A stretch of DNA of 64,000 nt from Halarcobacter sp. (lineage in GTDB: Bacteria > Campylobacterota > Campylobacteria > Campylobacterales > Arcobacteraceae), in the NCBI GenBank assembly GCA_963676565.1, contig OY781089.1, forward strand, positions 1,632,001-1,696,000, given 5' to 3'. Below, one piece after another: positions 62,316-64,000 of the stretch. Both the position numbers and the translations under genes were made by a program. The notes below the pieces were generated by a model. It searched no databases. It was not told the origin of the DNA and saw only the letters and a list, made by a program, of their open reading frames with translations. Numbering within the stretch: the stretch's first letter is position 1; each line of letters opens with the position of its first letter.

Positions 62316-62858
62316 ATGGGTGTAAAAATCACTGAAAAAGATGGAAAGAAATATATAGGTGAGGAAGAAATCCTTTTTGAATATGAATTAGGTGTAAATA
62401 TGTTTAAAATAACTATGATTATATTTGGACCATTATTATTTTTTATTTATGCAAAAAGTCAAAATTTTGATGTAGGAATTTTTTATTTTATAATTTTACT
62501 TATATTTTTTATATTTCTATGTGTATTTTTGTTAAGAAATATACAAAATATATATAGAAAAAAAGTTTTTATCACACAAAAACATATTATTACTGCTTCT
62601 GGTTCAAAATTTAAAAAAGAGAATATCTATATATATTATTCTCTTTTTTCTGATTCTGCAGGGTTATTAAGTCATACAGAGTTATTTTTTTATAATGGAA
62701 AAAAGTTTGATTTTATTTTTTTTGTAAAAGTAGATGAAAACGATAAAAATTTCAAAACTTTAATGCAGACTTTATATGATATTTCAAAAAATGAGAATAT
62801 TTTAATTGAAAATATGAATTCACAAACAATAAGACAAAAACTAATTAAAGGAGACTAA
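62316..62858 (+). CDS. Hypothetical two-TM membrane protein (immunity-like cassette)
   Basis: Two N-terminal TMs followed by a beta-rich soluble part. Confidence 0.7.
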   Translation: MGVKITEKDGKKYIGEEEILFEYELGVNMFKITMIIFGPLLFFIYAKSQNFDVGIFYFIILLIFFIFLCVFLLRNIQNIYRKKVFITQKHIITASGSKFKKENIYIYYSLFSDSAGLLSHTELFFYNGKKFDFIFFVKVDENDKNFKTLMQTLYDISKNENILIENMNSQTIRQKLIKGD

Positions 62859-62859
62859 G

Positions 62860-62991
62860 ATGGTAACAGATGTAAGTAATTATTTAACAAATATTGATGG
62901 TACATATTTTGATGCAGTATCAAATATATTAAATAAGACTGATAATAAAACTGCTCTAGTTACACCCCAGAGGATGAATCTCCACTTTTGA
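62860..62991 (+). pseudogene. Gene start truncated by the inserted element
   Basis: AGGAG RBS, then MVTDVSNYLTNIDGTYFDAVSNILNKTDNKTALV running into the left inverted repeat and stopping. Confidence 0.55.
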
Positions 62992-63192
62992 GATTAAAGA
63001 ATATAGAAAATCAATAAATTAAAGTTTCTAGCTGAGAAGTTTTAATTTGTAGATAAAAATAAAGATAAAAAGATGCCCACAAGATTAAGAGTAGATTTTG
63101 AAGGATACCATCATATAATAAATAGAGGAGTAAATAGATGTATCAATATAAAATAAAAGATAAAAAAATGGAGATTCATCTACTGGGGGTGT
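62962..63192 (+). mobile_element. Internally deleted transposable element with terminal inverted repeats and Y1/RAYT transposase stub
   Basis: acaccccagaggatgaatctcca (62962-62984) / tggagattcatctactgggggtgt (63169-63192); AGTT on both flanks; internal ORF 63073-63156 MPTRLRVDFEGYHHIINRGVNRC. Confidence 0.8.
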
Positions 63193-63299
63193 AGTTGTCA
63201 TGCAAGAAAACTTTTCTCAAAAAACACTATAGCAATTTAGGGATAGTTTTATCTTTTCAAATACTCTATAATTTCCATAAAAACTTTGAAAGAGAACAT

Positions 63300-64000
63300 A
63301 TGAAAAAAGAATCAGAACAAACTCAATTTCTTCAAAAAAATCACTATCTACAAAGTGTTTATAAAGTCATTTTTTATATTGAGCAAAACTATGGCTATGA
63401 ACTAAGTCTGGAAGAGCTCTCATCTGTTGCGGGTTTTTCAAAGTACCATTTTCATAGGATATTTAAATCTATCACCGGTGAAAATTTAAATGATTATATC
63501 AGAAGAGTGAGGCTTTCAAGTACAACTTTAAAACTTAAAACCAATCAAAAAATCACACAGATTGCTATGCATAGTGGGTACGAAACCAATGCCTCTTTTT
63601 CAAGAGCTTTTAAAAAGCATTTTGGGATGACGCCAACTGAGTTTTCAAAAAATGCAAAAACAAAAAAAGGAAACAATATGTTAGAACCTGAAATTATTGA
63701 GATAAAAGATATTGAACTTTTTTATGTCAGAGCAACTGGAGAATACCGCCAATCCGTAGAGGAATCATGGAATAAGATTATTGAGTATGCTTATAAGAAC
63801 AATCTCTTTGGAAAAATCAAAGCAAGATATGGCATCGCACATGATAATCCAAATGTCATAGAGAGTGAGAAGATTCGCTATGACGCCTGCATTGAAACGG
63901 ATGATATAGGGCTTGAACCTGATGGTGATGTAACATCAAAAATCATAACTGGCGGTACGTATGCAAAATTTTTGCATGTCGGCAGTTATGAAGATTTGGA
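63300..64000 (+). CDS. AraC family regulator with GyrI-like effector domain (3'-truncated by the window)
   Basis: Hand translation: LSLEELSSVAGFSKYHFHRIFK, GYETNASFSRAFKKHFGMTP, HDNP...IRYDACI, GGTYAKFLHVGSY. Confidence 0.93.
   Translation, partial: MKKESEQTQFLQKNHYLQSVYKVIFYIEQNYGYELSLEELSSVAGFSKYHFHRIFKSITGENLNDYIRRVRLSSTTLKLKTNQKITQIAMHSGYETNASFSRAFKKHFGMTPTEFSKNAKTKKGNNMLEPEIIEIKDIELFYVRATGEYRQSVEESWNKIIEYAYKNNLFGKIKARYGIAHDNPNVIESEKIRYDACIETDDIGLEPDGDVTSKIITGGTYAKFLHVGSYEDL

Noticed and set aside
63300..64000. Higher-GC codons in the AraC gene as evidence of an island boundary
   Set aside because: Impression only, not computed, and the gene is cut by the window edge
1..64000. Prophage, integrase, CRISPR-cas, rRNA or tRNA genes
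   Set aside because: No supporting motifs or structures seen

Overview
AT-rich chromosomal window from a Campylobacterota bacterium; gene content and protein style point to Arcobacteraceae (inference). It is mostly core genome: apt, trpB, pepA, ychF, recO, thiL, truD, ruvA, ddl, murF, the S10-spc ribosomal cluster (rpsJ to infA), aspS, two divergent adenylate kinases, alr and uvrC, plus many signalling genes (histidine kinase/response regulator, HDOD, GGDEF, heme-c chemoreceptor, short CheZ-like protein, Cache-CheW fusion). No rRNA, tRNA or CRISPR array was seen. Most notable non-core signals: (1) an orphan Hanks-type kinase ending in an SSB-like acidic tail (IDDEEIPF), directly followed by about 460 bp of non-coding DNA holding two back-to-back, related, densely base-paired elements; (2) a 231-bp element with terminal inverted repeats and AGTT flanking repeats that carries a Y1/RAYT transposase stub, in a variable cassette-like region at the right end; (3) a small HTH gene divergent from a degenerate family-4 UDG with a GAAC/GTAC repeat array over the promoter region; (4) a 41-bp duplicated terminator and an unlisted 48-aa membrane ORF after ppnP; (5) several apparently leaderless genes and several domains that have lost their metal or catalytic ligands. 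All family calls come from motif recognition by eye; no database searches were run.
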